From Gemmatimonadales bacterium (GTDB lineage: Bacteria > Gemmatimonadota > Gemmatimonadetes > Gemmatimonadales > GWC2-71-9): DNA of 64,000 bases. The translations under genes and the position numbers were made by a program. This document shows, in pieces, positions 42,293-51,882 of the stretch (its first letter is position 1; each line of letters opens with the position of its first letter). The notes below the pieces were generated by a model, which did not search any database, was not told the DNA's origin, and was given only the letters and a program-made list of their open reading frames with translations. The DNA lies in assembly GCA_041615815.1 (NCBI GenBank), contig JBFJCP010000014.1, positions 1-64,000 on the forward strand. The letters are read 5' to 3'.

Positions 42293-42628
42293 ATGGCCAG
42301 CAAACTCGCTGCGAAGCAGTGCGTACCGTGTAAGGGAGGTGTCCCGCCGCTTCGGGGCGGGGAGATCACGCAGTTGTTGGACCAGTTGGGGGGTGGGTGG
42401 AAGGCCGTCGACGGTCACCACCTGGCGAAGGAATACAAGTTCAAGGATTTCGCCGAGGCGTTGGCCTTCACCAATCGCGTGGGCGCCATTGCGGAGGACC
42501 AGGGTCATCATCCCAATATCTACCTGACCTGGGGAAAGGTGGGCCTCGAGATCTGGACCCATAAGATCGACGGGCTGACGGAAAGCGACTTCGTGCTCGC
42601 AGCCAAGGCGGACGAAGCGCTCGACTAG
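42293..42628 (+). CDS. Pterin-4-alpha-carbinolamine dehydratase
   Basis: CVPCKGG, FKDF, GHHPNI, WTHKIDGLTESDFVLAAK. Confidence 0.93.
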   Translation: MASKLAAKQCVPCKGGVPPLRGGEITQLLDQLGGGWKAVDGHHLAKEYKFKDFAEALAFTNRVGAIAEDQGHHPNIYLTWGKVGLEIWTHKIDGLTESDFVLAAKADEALD

Positions 42629-42632
42629 CGGG

Positions 42633-44249
42633 CTACGCAATACATCGCTCAATGAGGTCGTCGTAGCCATCTCGAGTCGGGTCCTGGGGTAGGTGCCGCA
42701 GGGTCGTCAGTTCGGCTCGGGCGCGAATGCCCGGTTCGTCGATTCCCGCGAGCGCACCCAGGTGGATCCACGACCCAAGGCGGTCGCAGACACGTCGCAA
42801 TAGCAGGGTGTCCTGCTCCTTCAGGCACCGGTCGAACGCCCGGCGATCGGGTCGCAGCCTGCCGGGCTCGAGCCGCTCCTCGAGCTGGGCAAAGAAGCCG
42901 TCGTGGAGTCCCAGTCGGAGGGCATCGTTCAGTACCTGCATCCGCAGCGTGTGGTTGGTGCCCTCCCAGTTTTCGAAGACCACATTGTCTCGCAGCAGGC
43001 GCGGCAGGACGCTGAAGGTCTCGATGGTGCCGTTGCCTCCCAGAATCTCGATCGCTCGGGTGATGGCATCGTGCGATAGATAGGAGGTCCGCACCTTGTT
43101 GAGGTTGAGACCCATCCGCAGAAAGGCTGTTTCGTCGTCGGGACCCTCACCGCTATCGACGCGCTGCTGGATCTGAGCGAGCCAGAAGGAACCCGCCAGC
43201 GCGGCTTCAGCATCGGCACGGATCATAGCAAGCGTTTCCTTGACCAACGGATAGCGGATGATGGTCTCGCCGAAGGCACGGCGGTGCTCGGCGTAGCCGC
43301 GTGCCACCAGGTAGGCTCGATGCGCGAGGGCCGCGCACGCGAACGCGTTGTAGAGACGGCTGGTGTCGATGATGAGCTCCATGGTATTGCGGAACCCGCG
43401 CTCGAGCGGCCCAAGCTGCTCGGCGTAGGCCCCCTCGAAACCGATCTCGGCCGTCACCATCGAGCGCGTACCCAGCTTGTCCTTCAAGCGCTTCAGCACG
43501 AAGCCGTTCGGCTCGCCACCGATCCGCCGGGGCACGAGAAACAACCCCAGCCCTTTGGTGCCCTCTGCGGCCCCCTCCGGCCGGGCCGTGACCAAGAACA
43601 GGTCCGCATCGGCGCTCGAACAGAACCACTTCTCACCCGTGATGCGCCAGCTGCCACCGGCCTCTCGGTGGGCGACCACGGCGTTGGCCCCCACGTCCGA
43701 GCCCCCCTGCACCTCGGTCAGGAATTGGGCACCCGCACAGTGGTCGCCATACACCGGGGTGAGCAGCCGGGGAAGCCACGCCGCTTTCTGCTCGTCGGTA
43801 CCGAGGGACTGAAGAGCCCGAATTGCACCGGCGGTGCACGCTAGCGGGCAGTTGTGGCCACCTTCACCGACGTGAGCCGACAAGTAGAAGAGGGAGAGGA
43901 TGAAGGGATGCGGATTGGGGATCGCTGCGTAGGCCGCCATCACCCCGCTCCCATAGATGAGGCTGCCAGCCCGGTGGTAGCTCGGATGGTGGGCGATTTT
44001 GGCCACGTAGCGGCCGATACCGTCGAACGTGTCCAGCACCGGCAGGTTCCCGGCTTGGTTGTTCTCAATGACCGCGGAATCCAGCGGCCCCGCCGCCACC
44101 GCACCAAAAGCCTCGAGGGCCGAACTACGGTTTCCCAGCCCTGCCCTGTCCACCAGCATCTGCAGCAGAGGGTCGGCGTGGTAGAAGTTTTTTGGCTGCG
44201 CCGCCAGCCATTCGCTGAGCGCCCTGCGGCCTTCTTCGACAGCCCTCAT
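42633..44249 (-). CDS. Acyl-CoA dehydrogenase family protein (AidB-like)
   Basis: CPLACT, FLTEVQGGSDV, GEKWFCS, KDKLGTRS, WEGT; SD TGAGGAG before the ATG at 44249. Confidence 0.88.
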   Translation of the reverse strand: MRAVEEGRRALSEWLAAQPKNFYHADPLLQMLVDRAGLGNRSSALEAFGAVAAGPLDSAVIENNQAGNLPVLDTFDGIGRYVAKIAHHPSYHRAGSLIYGSGVMAAYAAIPNPHPFILSLFYLSAHVGEGGHNCPLACTAGAIRALQSLGTDEQKAAWLPRLLTPVYGDHCAGAQFLTEVQGGSDVGANAVVAHREAGGSWRITGEKWFCSSADADLFLVTARPEGAAEGTKGLGLFLVPRRIGGEPNGFVLKRLKDKLGTRSMVTAEIGFEGAYAEQLGPLERGFRNTMELIIDTSRLYNAFACAALAHRAYLVARGYAEHRRAFGETIIRYPLVKETLAMIRADAEAALAGSFWLAQIQQRVDSGEGPDDETAFLRMGLNLNKVRTSYLSHDAITRAIEILGGNGTIETFSVLPRLLRDNVVFENWEGTNHTLRMQVLNDALRLGLHDGFFAQLEERLEPGRLRPDRRAFDRCLKEQDTLLLRRVCDRLGSWIHLGALAGIDEPGIRARAELTTLRHLPQDPTRDGYDDLIERCIA

Positions 44250-44265
44250 TGCGGCACTCCTCAAG

Positions 44266-44297
44266 AAAAACGTCACACGCGAAAAAAACGTAACACG
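44266..44297. repeat. 14-bp direct repeat (putative operator)
   Basis: AAAAACGTCACACG and AAAAACGTAACACG, 18-bp period. Confidence 0.5.
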
Positions 44298-44378
44298 GGG
44301 GCGTCCGGCACGCCTACCCGGCGCCGCATCCGGTGCCTGGGAATCCCCCTGCCGGGTCGTCGAGCTGCCGGTGGGACG

Positions 44379-44573
44379 CTATTGAAGCGGCGGCTTGGGG
44401 ACCAACACCACCCGGCAGCACAGCGGACCGTAGCATTCCCCGAAACAAATGAGACTGCCGAAGATGTAATACGGCTGAAGAAACGATTGGGCGCGCACAG
44501 GACTCGGCATTGCCGACGCGCCGACCGTCAGCGCGAGCATCAACCACGCGTGCTTCACGAAGCGCATGAACAT
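44379..44573 (-). CDS. Small secreted cysteine-rich peptide (64 aa precursor)
   Basis: [10 protein letters not shown] 7 nt before the ATG; signal peptide ending PVRA; mature QSFLQPYYIFGSLICFGECYGPLCCRVVLVPKPPLQ. Confidence 0.75.
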   Translation of the reverse strand: MFMRFVKHAWLMLALTVGASAMPSPVRAQSFLQPYYIFGSLICFGECYGPLCCRVVLVPKPPLQ

Positions 44574-45103
44574 CGCTGAACCTCCTCCGGTACGAGTGAG
44601 CCTTCCGGACAGGCGCACTCCTCATGGCTCATTCCTTGTTGAACGTCGATTGAATCGACGGCGAATCCGACCGGGCGGGCCGCTGGCACCCACACGGCAA
44701 TGACGGTGTCGTGCCGCACCACGTACAGGGCTGGCACGGATGCGCGGCCGAACATCTTGCGGTGCGCCCCGCGGTTCAGCCGACTCACGCGCGCCACGAT
44801 GCGTTCGGCCTCGAGGAAGGCTCGGACCCGGTCCTCCCCACGTCCGACGACGACGACTTGAATTGCCGCTTCCATTGGGATGCCGGACCATCGACGGAGC
44901 GCCCGGCTCGGCGTCCGGCATGTCAGGCAGTCTTGAGCGCGGATCACCCACGTAATGAGCAGCGGGGCCCGCCCGGTGGGACGCAGCAGCGGTGGGGCTC
45001 CATCCCCGACCTCGAGCGAACGGGTGCTTCCACCCCGCCCACACCACGCTACGCCGCCCATTGCTACGACGGCAATGATGAGCCGAGCCGTCCTACGCGC
45101 CAT
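44555..45103 (-). CDS. Membrane-anchored thioredoxin/redoxin-fold protein
   Basis: N-terminal hydrophobic anchor, VGDGAP, DCLTC (CxxC), SVPALYVV cis-Pro-like loop. Confidence 0.65.
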   Translation of the reverse strand: MARRTARLIIAVVAMGGVAWCGRGGSTRSLEVGDGAPPLLRPTGRAPLLITWVIRAQDCLTCRTPSRALRRWSGIPMEAAIQVVVVGRGEDRVRAFLEAERIVARVSRLNRGAHRKMFGRASVPALYVVRHDTVIAVWVPAARPVGFAVDSIDVQQGMSHEECACPEGSLVPEEVQRCSCAS

Positions 45104-46098
45104 CGGTTTGGAACCATGGCTTCGGGATCCACAAAAACCAGACGGCCGGCGTCATCCACGGCGAGCAACCGTGGGGTATCCTCGACCTCGAAAAGCCCCC
45201 GCCCCCCCAACGTCATCGCCAGGAGATTCCAGCGAACGGTGGAGCCTTCCATGTCGTAGTACTGGAGCAGCAGTGTGTCCCCGCCCGTCCAAAACACCTC
45301 CGAGAGCCGAGAGAACGACTGGAGCCACTGCTGCACGGCTCGGGCATTGACGCGCGGTGGCGGGTCATGGACGTCCCGAAAGTGCCGGGACGGGAGGGGA
45401 ACGCGGCGGTGCTCCGTGCTTCCCAAGCCAAACAGGTGCACGGCCGGATCCGTTGCGAACACGGCGATCACCAGTGAATCGCGCTGCGTCGCATGGGCGT
45501 GACCGACCATCCACACGACACTCGCCAGGCTCGGGCGGACCCGTGGAACCGGAAAGAGGCGTGCTGTGACGGTCTGCTCCCCCGTGTCCCACACATGGAG
45601 GAGCCGAGTGTCCGCTCGGTTTGGACCCCGCCCCATCAGCAACAGGGTTTCTCGATCCAGCCCGACGAAACCATAGAGCGGGATCAACGACGTCACGGCG
45701 GTCCCGGTGACCTGACCAAGGGAGTCGAAGGTGCTCAGCCGACCGGAGAACTCGCTCACGATCATGGAGCCGTCTGCCAGCAAGCCTGCCGCCATGGGTG
45801 GCGTCGAGAACTCTCCCGGGCCGGTGCCATGAGCGCCGACGGTGCGCGTGAGTGTCCCGTCCAAGCGGTACTGACGTACTTGGTATTCCTTCATGTCCGC
45901 CACCAGGTATCCGCTCGTATCGACGCGGACACGAGGCGAGACATTGATGACCCGCGCGTTTTCTTCGAGCGAGATGGACCGTTCCCACACCACCACCTCA
46001 TCCAAGCGTCGCTCGACCGCCATCGGGCGCTCGCCACCTTGGGTACTACAGGCACCAATGCCCAGCGACACGAGGATGCCGGTCCGGTGGATGTGCAT
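45064..46098 (-). CDS. 6-bladed beta-propeller (NHL/TolB-like) lipoprotein
   Basis: Lipobox LGIGAC; YLVAD...YRLDG...VGAHGTGPGEF. Confidence 0.8.
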   Translation of the reverse strand: MHIHRTGILVSLGIGACSTQGGERPMAVERRLDEVVVWERSISLEENARVINVSPRVRVDTSGYLVADMKEYQVRQYRLDGTLTRTVGAHGTGPGEFSTPPMAAGLLADGSMIVSEFSGRLSTFDSLGQVTGTAVTSLIPLYGFVGLDRETLLLMGRGPNRADTRLLHVWDTGEQTVTARLFPVPRVRPSLASVVWMVGHAHATQRDSLVIAVFATDPAVHLFGLGSTEHRRVPLPSRHFRDVHDPPPRVNARAVQQWLQSFSRLSEVFWTGGDTLLLQYYDMEGSTVRWNLLAMTLGGRGLFEVEDTPRLLAVDDAGRLVFVDPEAMVPNRWRVGRLGSSLPS

Positions 46099-46322
46099 GC
46101 GGCCCGCCCTTGGAAAAGCCGGTGGCAAGCTGCAACGAGAAACCGACGACGGAGTAGGAAAAAACCGCTGTTGTGGACCGGAAAAACGCGGGGAGGGGAG
46201 GCTTGACGTGAGCAATGGGACGGTGAGAAGGTGTGACGGTTGGACGGTGAGGAGTGGCGCTGGCGACTTTCTAACCTTTTGACCTTCCGGCCGTCACGAA
46301 CGTCCCGCCTTCCAACTTCTGC

Positions 46323-48431
46323 TCATCCGACGCGAAACAGCTCCATACCGCGTTCGTAGCGCCGCTCGATCCTCGCGCGCAGCGGTGCGTGGCGGGGCGT
46401 GGAGAGATTGGGATCCGCCTCGATGATCCGCAGGGCTGCTTCCCGCGCCGCCGTCACCAGATCGCCATCCGTGGCGAGATTGGCGTAGCGAAGGTTGAAT
46501 CCGCCCGATTGGCGCACACCTGCCAACTCACCGATCCCGCGGTCCTGCAGATCTTGATCGGCGATCTTGAAGCCATCCGCCGTTCGGGCAAACCGCCGCA
46601 AGCGCTCGACCGTTTGGGGACTCGCACTCACCAGCAGAATGCAATGACTTTCATTGGCGCCGCGACCCACGCGACCACGCAGTTGATGGAGCTGCGCCAG
46701 ACCGAACCGTTCGGGGTGCTCGATCAGCATCACCGCTGCGTTGGGAACGTCGATCCCAACCTCGATGACGGTGGTCGAAACGAGTACATGGAGATCGCCG
46801 TCACGGAACCGGCGCATCGTTGCCTCACGCTCGTCCGCTCGCATGCGGCCATGAATCAACCCCACGGTAAACGGCGCCAATCGCTGTCTGAGCACGTCAG
46901 CCATCGTCGTGGCCGCTTTGAGATCTACCTTCTCTGATTCCTCGATCACCGGATACACGACGTACGCCTGACGACCGGCGGCACATTGTTGCTGGATGAA
47001 CTCGTACACCGTGCGCCGGTCCTTCTCAAACCGCACGCCGGTCTTGACCGTGGGGCGGTTGGCCGGTCGTTGCTTGAGGATCGAAATGTCGAGATCGCCG
47101 TAAAGCGTGAGGGCGAGCGTGCGGGGGATGGGTGTGGCGGAAAGGAGCAAGACCTCCGGTGCTTCCCCCTTTTCGATCAGGGCGGCCCGTTGTTCCACCC
47201 CGAACCGATGTTGCTCGTCGATCACCACCAATCCGAGCCGCCGGAAATCCGTCTGTTCCTGAATGAGCGCATGGGTCCCCACGATCACTTTCGAATGTCC
47301 GGCGGCCACCCGTTCCCGTATAGACGCCTTCTCGCCCGCCGACAACCGACCCACGAGCACTTCCGGGACGATGCCCAGTGGCGCGAGCAGCTCGGCGATC
47401 GTGCGGCCGTGTTGTTCGGCGAGGAGCTCGGTGGGCGCCATGAAGACCGCCTGCGCATCGTTCTCCACCGCCAGCAGCATGGCGAAGAGCGCGACGATCG
47501 TCTTGCCGGTCCCCACATCCCCCATCAGAAGTCGATGCATGCGAACGTCTGAAGTCATGTCTGCCGTGGCCTCCCGAATGGCGCGCTTTTGATCGTCGGT
47601 CAGCTCGAATGGCAGCGAGCGCTTGAGCCGGGACGTGAGCTCGCGCTTGATCTCGAAGGACATCCCCTTCGTCGCGCGCTTGGCAAGATGGCGCGCCCGT
47701 GCCACTACGAGCTGTAGATCGAACAGTTCGTCGTACGCGAGACGGCGGCGGCCGGCTTCCCAGCTCGGCTCAGCAGCAGCGGCACCGGTGGCCGCAGGTG
47801 GACGGTGGAGGAGATCCAATGCCTTGGCGAGCGGCAGGAGTTTGGCTCTCTGCCGTACCTGTGCCGGCAGGTGATCCTCCACCGTTTCGAGGATCGCATC
47901 CAGGTGATCGGCAATCACATTACGAATGACGCGATGAGACAGACCCTCCGTGGCGGGATAGATCGGGATCATGAGGCCTGCGCCGTCTCCTATCGTGTCT
48001 GGCGCATTCGCGGTTCCGGCCGATTCCTCCAACACGATCTGCTCCCGAGGCACTACCTGCCGACCGTGGTAGTACTTGATCGGACCAGCCACCAGCAGCA
48101 GTTGCCCGGGCTTGATCATCCGATCCAGAAATGCTTGGCCCGGCCACGCGCACTCGATGACACCCGAGGCGTCTCGCAGCACGGCGCGAAAAATTCGGAG
48201 CCGCTTGCGGGTGGGCATCACGGCTTTGGACACGACCCGTCCCACAAACGTGCCCTCCGCTCCCACGACGGCTTTCGCGATGGGCGTGACGGAGGTGGCG
48301 TCCAGATATCGATGGGGGGTGTGATACAGGAGATCCTCGACGGTTCGAACGCCCAGCCGCTCAAACGCCTCGGCGCGCCGTGGCCCCACGCCTTTCAGGA
48401 ACTGAACCGGGGTATCCAGCCGGAATGCCAT
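46323..48431 (-). CDS. recG: ATP-dependent DNA helicase RecG
   Basis: GDVGTGKT, DEQHRFGV, SATPIPRT, QLHQLRGRVGRG. Confidence 0.97.
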   Translation of the reverse strand: MAFRLDTPVQFLKGVGPRRAEAFERLGVRTVEDLLYHTPHRYLDATSVTPIAKAVVGAEGTFVGRVVSKAVMPTRKRLRIFRAVLRDASGVIECAWPGQAFLDRMIKPGQLLLVAGPIKYYHGRQVVPREQIVLEESAGTANAPDTIGDGAGLMIPIYPATEGLSHRVIRNVIADHLDAILETVEDHLPAQVRQRAKLLPLAKALDLLHRPPAATGAAAAEPSWEAGRRRLAYDELFDLQLVVARARHLAKRATKGMSFEIKRELTSRLKRSLPFELTDDQKRAIREATADMTSDVRMHRLLMGDVGTGKTIVALFAMLLAVENDAQAVFMAPTELLAEQHGRTIAELLAPLGIVPEVLVGRLSAGEKASIRERVAAGHSKVIVGTHALIQEQTDFRRLGLVVIDEQHRFGVEQRAALIEKGEAPEVLLLSATPIPRTLALTLYGDLDISILKQRPANRPTVKTGVRFEKDRRTVYEFIQQQCAAGRQAYVVYPVIEESEKVDLKAATTMADVLRQRLAPFTVGLIHGRMRADEREATMRRFRDGDLHVLVSTTVIEVGIDVPNAAVMLIEHPERFGLAQLHQLRGRVGRGANESHCILLVSASPQTVERLRRFARTADGFKIADQDLQDRGIGELAGVRQSGGFNLRYANLATDGDLVTAAREAALRIIEADPNLSTPRHAPLRARIERRYERGMELFRVG

Positions 48432-49327
48432 CACTCCGCCAGGAGTCGCTCCGCGAACCGCTCAGGGTCGAACGGCTCGAGATCCTCGAGATCTTCCCCG
48501 ACGCCGACGAACTTGATGGGGATGCCGAGCTCACGGTGGAGCAGCAGCACCGCACCTCCTTTCGCCGTCCCATCCAGCTTGGTGATCACCAGGCCGCTCA
48601 CCGGCACGGCTTTCGTGAATGCCCGTCCCTGTTGCAGGGCATTCTGCCCGACGGTCCCGTCGAGCACGAGCAGCGTTTCGTGGGGTGCTCCTTCGCGGCG
48701 TCGCGCGGCCACGCGGGCGATCTTGGCCAACTCCTTCATCAAGTCGCCTTGTGTGTGGAGCCGCCCGGCGGTGTCCACGAGAACGACCGTCGCCCCTCGG
48801 GCGGTCGCCGCTTCAATGGCATCGTAGACGACGGCGGCTGGATCTCCGCCGGCAGAACCGGTGACGCAGTCCACGCCGAGGCGGGTGGCCCATTCCTGCA
48901 GCTGCTCGCTCGCACCGGCCCGATACGTGTCCGCCGCCGCCAGTAGGACCCGATGGCCCTCGCGGCCCAACCGGTGTGCCAGCTTGGCGATTTGTGTCGT
49001 CTTCCCCACCCCGTTGACCCCGAGCACGAGCACGACCGCCGGGCCGTGGCCGTCGCCCAGATCGAGTCCCGTCCCACCCGCTTCCGGCGGGCACGCCGCC
49101 ACGATCTGCGTTTTCAGCCAATCCCGCACGCCCATCGAGTCCTTGAGCACCCCGCGGCGAAGTTGATCTTCTACCCCTTCCGCGAGGTCGAAAGCCAACG
49201 GCCCAAAGTCGGCTTCGATCATGACCCGTTCGAACGCGTCGAGTGTTCCATGATCCAAGCCCTTCACCAACACGCCTACATCCGTCAGGGCGACCTGCTT
49301 GATCCTTTGCCAGAGACTCTTCTTCAC
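48431..49327 (-). CDS. ftsY: SRP receptor FtsY (NG domain only)
   Basis: GVNGVGKTT, DTYRAGA, DTAGRLH, TKLDGTAKGG. Confidence 0.95.
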   Translation of the reverse strand: MKKSLWQRIKQVALTDVGVLVKGLDHGTLDAFERVMIEADFGPLAFDLAEGVEDQLRRGVLKDSMGVRDWLKTQIVAACPPEAGGTGLDLGDGHGPAVVLVLGVNGVGKTTQIAKLAHRLGREGHRVLLAAADTYRAGASEQLQEWATRLGVDCVTGSAGGDPAAVVYDAIEAATARGATVVLVDTAGRLHTQGDLMKELAKIARVAARRREGAPHETLLVLDGTVGQNALQQGRAFTKAVPVSGLVITKLDGTAKGGAVLLLHRELGIPIKFVGVGEDLEDLEPFDPERFAERLLAE

Positions 49328-51144
49328 GGAAGCCCTCGGCGTTGCCGCCAAGCCCACTCACCCACGAACGCGGCAATGGCCAGCACGAACAGCCACCACC
49401 GTCCCCGCGGATGATCCTCGACCAACGTGAATGCTTCACCCGCTCGCGCGGCGGCGGTCATGACGGCCCGAGGAGAGAATTCATCGGAGTATGCCTCCAC
49501 CGCGGCCTGTCCCCGTGCTCCCCGCGCTTCCGGTGCCGCCCATTGGTAGATGCCGGGGGCGAGGAGAACCGAGGCCACGCCCCCAGCGTCGAAACGCAGC
49601 CATCGCGTCACCGTGGCGGTGTCGCCGGTCAGGGTCACGGCGAGACTGTCGGGAATGGAGTCCCCGCGCCACTCGAACACGATAGGCATTCCCCGCTGCA
49701 CCACGGGACTGGCCGTGAGCAGTAGGCCGCTGGCGGCGGACCCACGATCCGCCAACAGCCAGTCGGTGCCGGCGGCGAGGATGGCCCGATAGGCCTCGCG
49801 CGCGGCGCCTCCCCGAAACCGCCAACGCCACAGCCCCTCGCCGGCGGTGGTCAGCGTGCGAATCCCCACCGAGTCTTTCCCGATGAGCACCGCTCGCTCT
49901 GCCCCGCGGCGGCCCTGTCGCGCCGCGAGCGCGACCCACTCCATCTGGGTCGGTACGAGCGGGACCACCCCGGCCAACGGCGCGAGGGAGTCCCATTCGA
50001 GTCCAGCCAGCCGACCCGCCAGCGGTGAGACGGGGAGATCCGGCGCGAGATACCAATCGCCCTCGAACGTCTCGAGTCTGGGATCCGCCGCGGGCCAGAG
50101 CCAGACGGGGCGCCGACCCCGCCCCAGGGCCAGCTCGCGCCGACCTCGGACGATCAGGAGCCCAGCCCCGCGCGCGGCGGTCCGGACCTGTGCCTCGGAC
50201 ACGCGGCTGAGTGTACGCATGTCGAGCCAGCTGGTGGGCGTGACACGGGCAAACCCGCGGACCGTAGTGCGGGCCACATCCGAGAGCTCGGTCACGAGGA
50301 AGCGTCCTTCCCAGTCCGGCGGATCGACGACGACCACGATCGCAGGTTGCTCCGATACGTCCACGACGAGCAGCCGCTCATCGTCGCGTGACTCCTGGTC
50401 ATCCGCCACCTCGACCCTCACACGCAACACCTGGGGTCCCGAGGGAAGAACCCGGGGCGGCAGCGTCACGGTCCGGCGTGCACTACCGGGCGCGGGCGGC
50501 AGAGCCACGGTCGTGCGCAGCAGTCGGCGCTCCCCAATGGCGACCGTGACGACGCCAGAATCAGCGGCCAACGGTCCCCACGTTGCGAGGGTCAGTGTGA
50601 GGGTGAGCGAGTCATTCCGCTGGAGACGCTGCGGCGCATTCACTCCCGTAACCGCCGCCGTGGCTACCGTGTCGCGTGCGAGCATCACGAAGCGGGTTCC
50701 CGGCGTGAGGGCGGGCGGTAGGCTCGCGGCGTCCTCGATTTCTCCGTCGGTCACCACCACGGTGGGTCCGCCGCGCGCCCTCGCCGCGGTGAGGGCGTCG
50801 CGGAGCCGTGTGGCTCCGCCTTCGGGGGCGGTGGTATCGAAGGGCGCCACCGCGGTGCCAAAACGCAGCACGGTACCGCCACGCGTGGTGAGCGCGAGTG
50901 CGGTGTCGACCGCGGCAGACCACTGTCCTCCGGTGCTCTGCATACTCAGGGAGGCATCGAGGAGGACGGTGGGCGCCCCACCCGATACGCGTCGGGTGCG
51001 GACAGGATTCACGAACAGCAGCACAAGCGCGCCCAGCGCGATCACCCGGAGCGTCGCGAGCCCCGCGCCGTGCCACCCCTGGCGCTCGTGCCAGAGGTAG
51101 ACGTACCCCGCCGCAAGGGCCGCAAGCACGATCACGACGCTCAC
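49324..51144 (-). CDS. vWA-like domain membrane protein
   Basis: N-terminal TMs, LLDASLSM (DxSxS), VVVTDG, C-terminal EWAWRQRRGLP. Confidence 0.75.
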   Translation of the reverse strand: MSVVIVLAALAAGYVYLWHERQGWHGAGLATLRVIALGALVLLFVNPVRTRRVSGGAPTVLLDASLSMQSTGGQWSAAVDTALALTTRGGTVLRFGTAVAPFDTTAPEGGATRLRDALTAARARGGPTVVVTDGEIEDAASLPPALTPGTRFVMLARDTVATAAVTGVNAPQRLQRNDSLTLTLTLATWGPLAADSGVVTVAIGERRLLRTTVALPPAPGSARRTVTLPPRVLPSGPQVLRVRVEVADDQESRDDERLLVVDVSEQPAIVVVVDPPDWEGRFLVTELSDVARTTVRGFARVTPTSWLDMRTLSRVSEAQVRTAARGAGLLIVRGRRELALGRGRRPVWLWPAADPRLETFEGDWYLAPDLPVSPLAGRLAGLEWDSLAPLAGVVPLVPTQMEWVALAARQGRRGAERAVLIGKDSVGIRTLTTAGEGLWRWRFRGGAAREAYRAILAAGTDWLLADRGSAASGLLLTASPVVQRGMPIVFEWRGDSIPDSLAVTLTGDTATVTRWLRFDAGGVASVLLAPGIYQWAAPEARGARGQAAVEAYSDEFSPRAVMTAAARAGEAFTLVEDHPRGRWWLFVLAIAAFVGEWAWRQRRGLP

Positions 51145-51854
51145 GGCAAGCACGCGGTCGCCTCCTCGAGTGTGAAACGTCCGTCGTACAGCGCCCGCCC
51201 CACGATGACACCGTCCAGCCCAAGGCCTCGAGCGACGGCGAGCTCGTCCAGCCTGGCCACCCCACCGGCGGCGATCACGGACACTCCCATCGTGGCCACC
51301 CGTGCCGCCCCTTCCAGGTCTGCTCCCTCGGCCCGCCCGTCGCGATCGAGATCGCGGTACACGACCGTGTGTATGCCATGGCCGCGGGCACGCCGGACGA
51401 GTGCCTCAATGGCCATGGGTTCCCCGGCGTCCTCTACCCGGTGAGCAATGGTCCCTTGCCGCACATCGATGTTGACGGCGGGCTCGACCGTGTGGCCCAA
51501 CAGCACGAGGAGCCGTTCGAACCGGCTCGACTGCGCCGCGGCCGTCCCAAGCACCACCCGGGTGGCGCCCGTATCCACCGCCTCGCGCACCCATTCTTCG
51601 CCGTCAACGTTGCCACCCAGCTGCACGCGAGCGCCGGGCAGCGCGCAGATGCGGCGGATCACCGCTGTGTTGCTCTTACCGGTGCTGAACGCGCGATCCA
51701 TGTCCACGACGTGCAGCCACGTCGCTCCCTGGGAGAGAAACGTTGCGGCCTGCGTCACGGGGTCCGGGAGCGCGTCCCAGCGCTCGCGTGGGACCCGCTC
51801 TGCCAGGCGAAGGAGCCGCCCGTCCTGAATGTCGATGGCTGGGAGAACCTGCAC
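51141..51854 (-). CDS. HisA/HisF-family TIM barrel (HisA-like)
   Basis: PAIDIQDG, WLHVVDMD, DLDRDG, IAAGGV, VIVGRALY. Confidence 0.8.
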   Translation of the reverse strand: MQVLPAIDIQDGRLLRLAERVPRERWDALPDPVTQAATFLSQGATWLHVVDMDRAFSTGKSNTAVIRRICALPGARVQLGGNVDGEEWVREAVDTGATRVVLGTAAAQSSRFERLLVLLGHTVEPAVNIDVRQGTIAHRVEDAGEPMAIEALVRRARGHGIHTVVYRDLDRDGRAEGADLEGAARVATMGVSVIAAGGVARLDELAVARGLGLDGVIVGRALYDGRFTLEEATACLP

Positions 51855-51882
51855 GTCCGGAATGTACCCGCGGGGAGACGCC

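Noticed and set aside
44314..44625. 103-aa alternative-frame ORF over the peptide gene
   Set aside because: Arg/Ala-rich with no motifs; the peptide frame has the strong SD, signal peptide and Cys pattern.
46217..46320. Short repeats as a CRISPR array or IS ends
   Set aside because: Units are 7-8 nt, degenerate and lack spacers; no cas or transposase genes are present.
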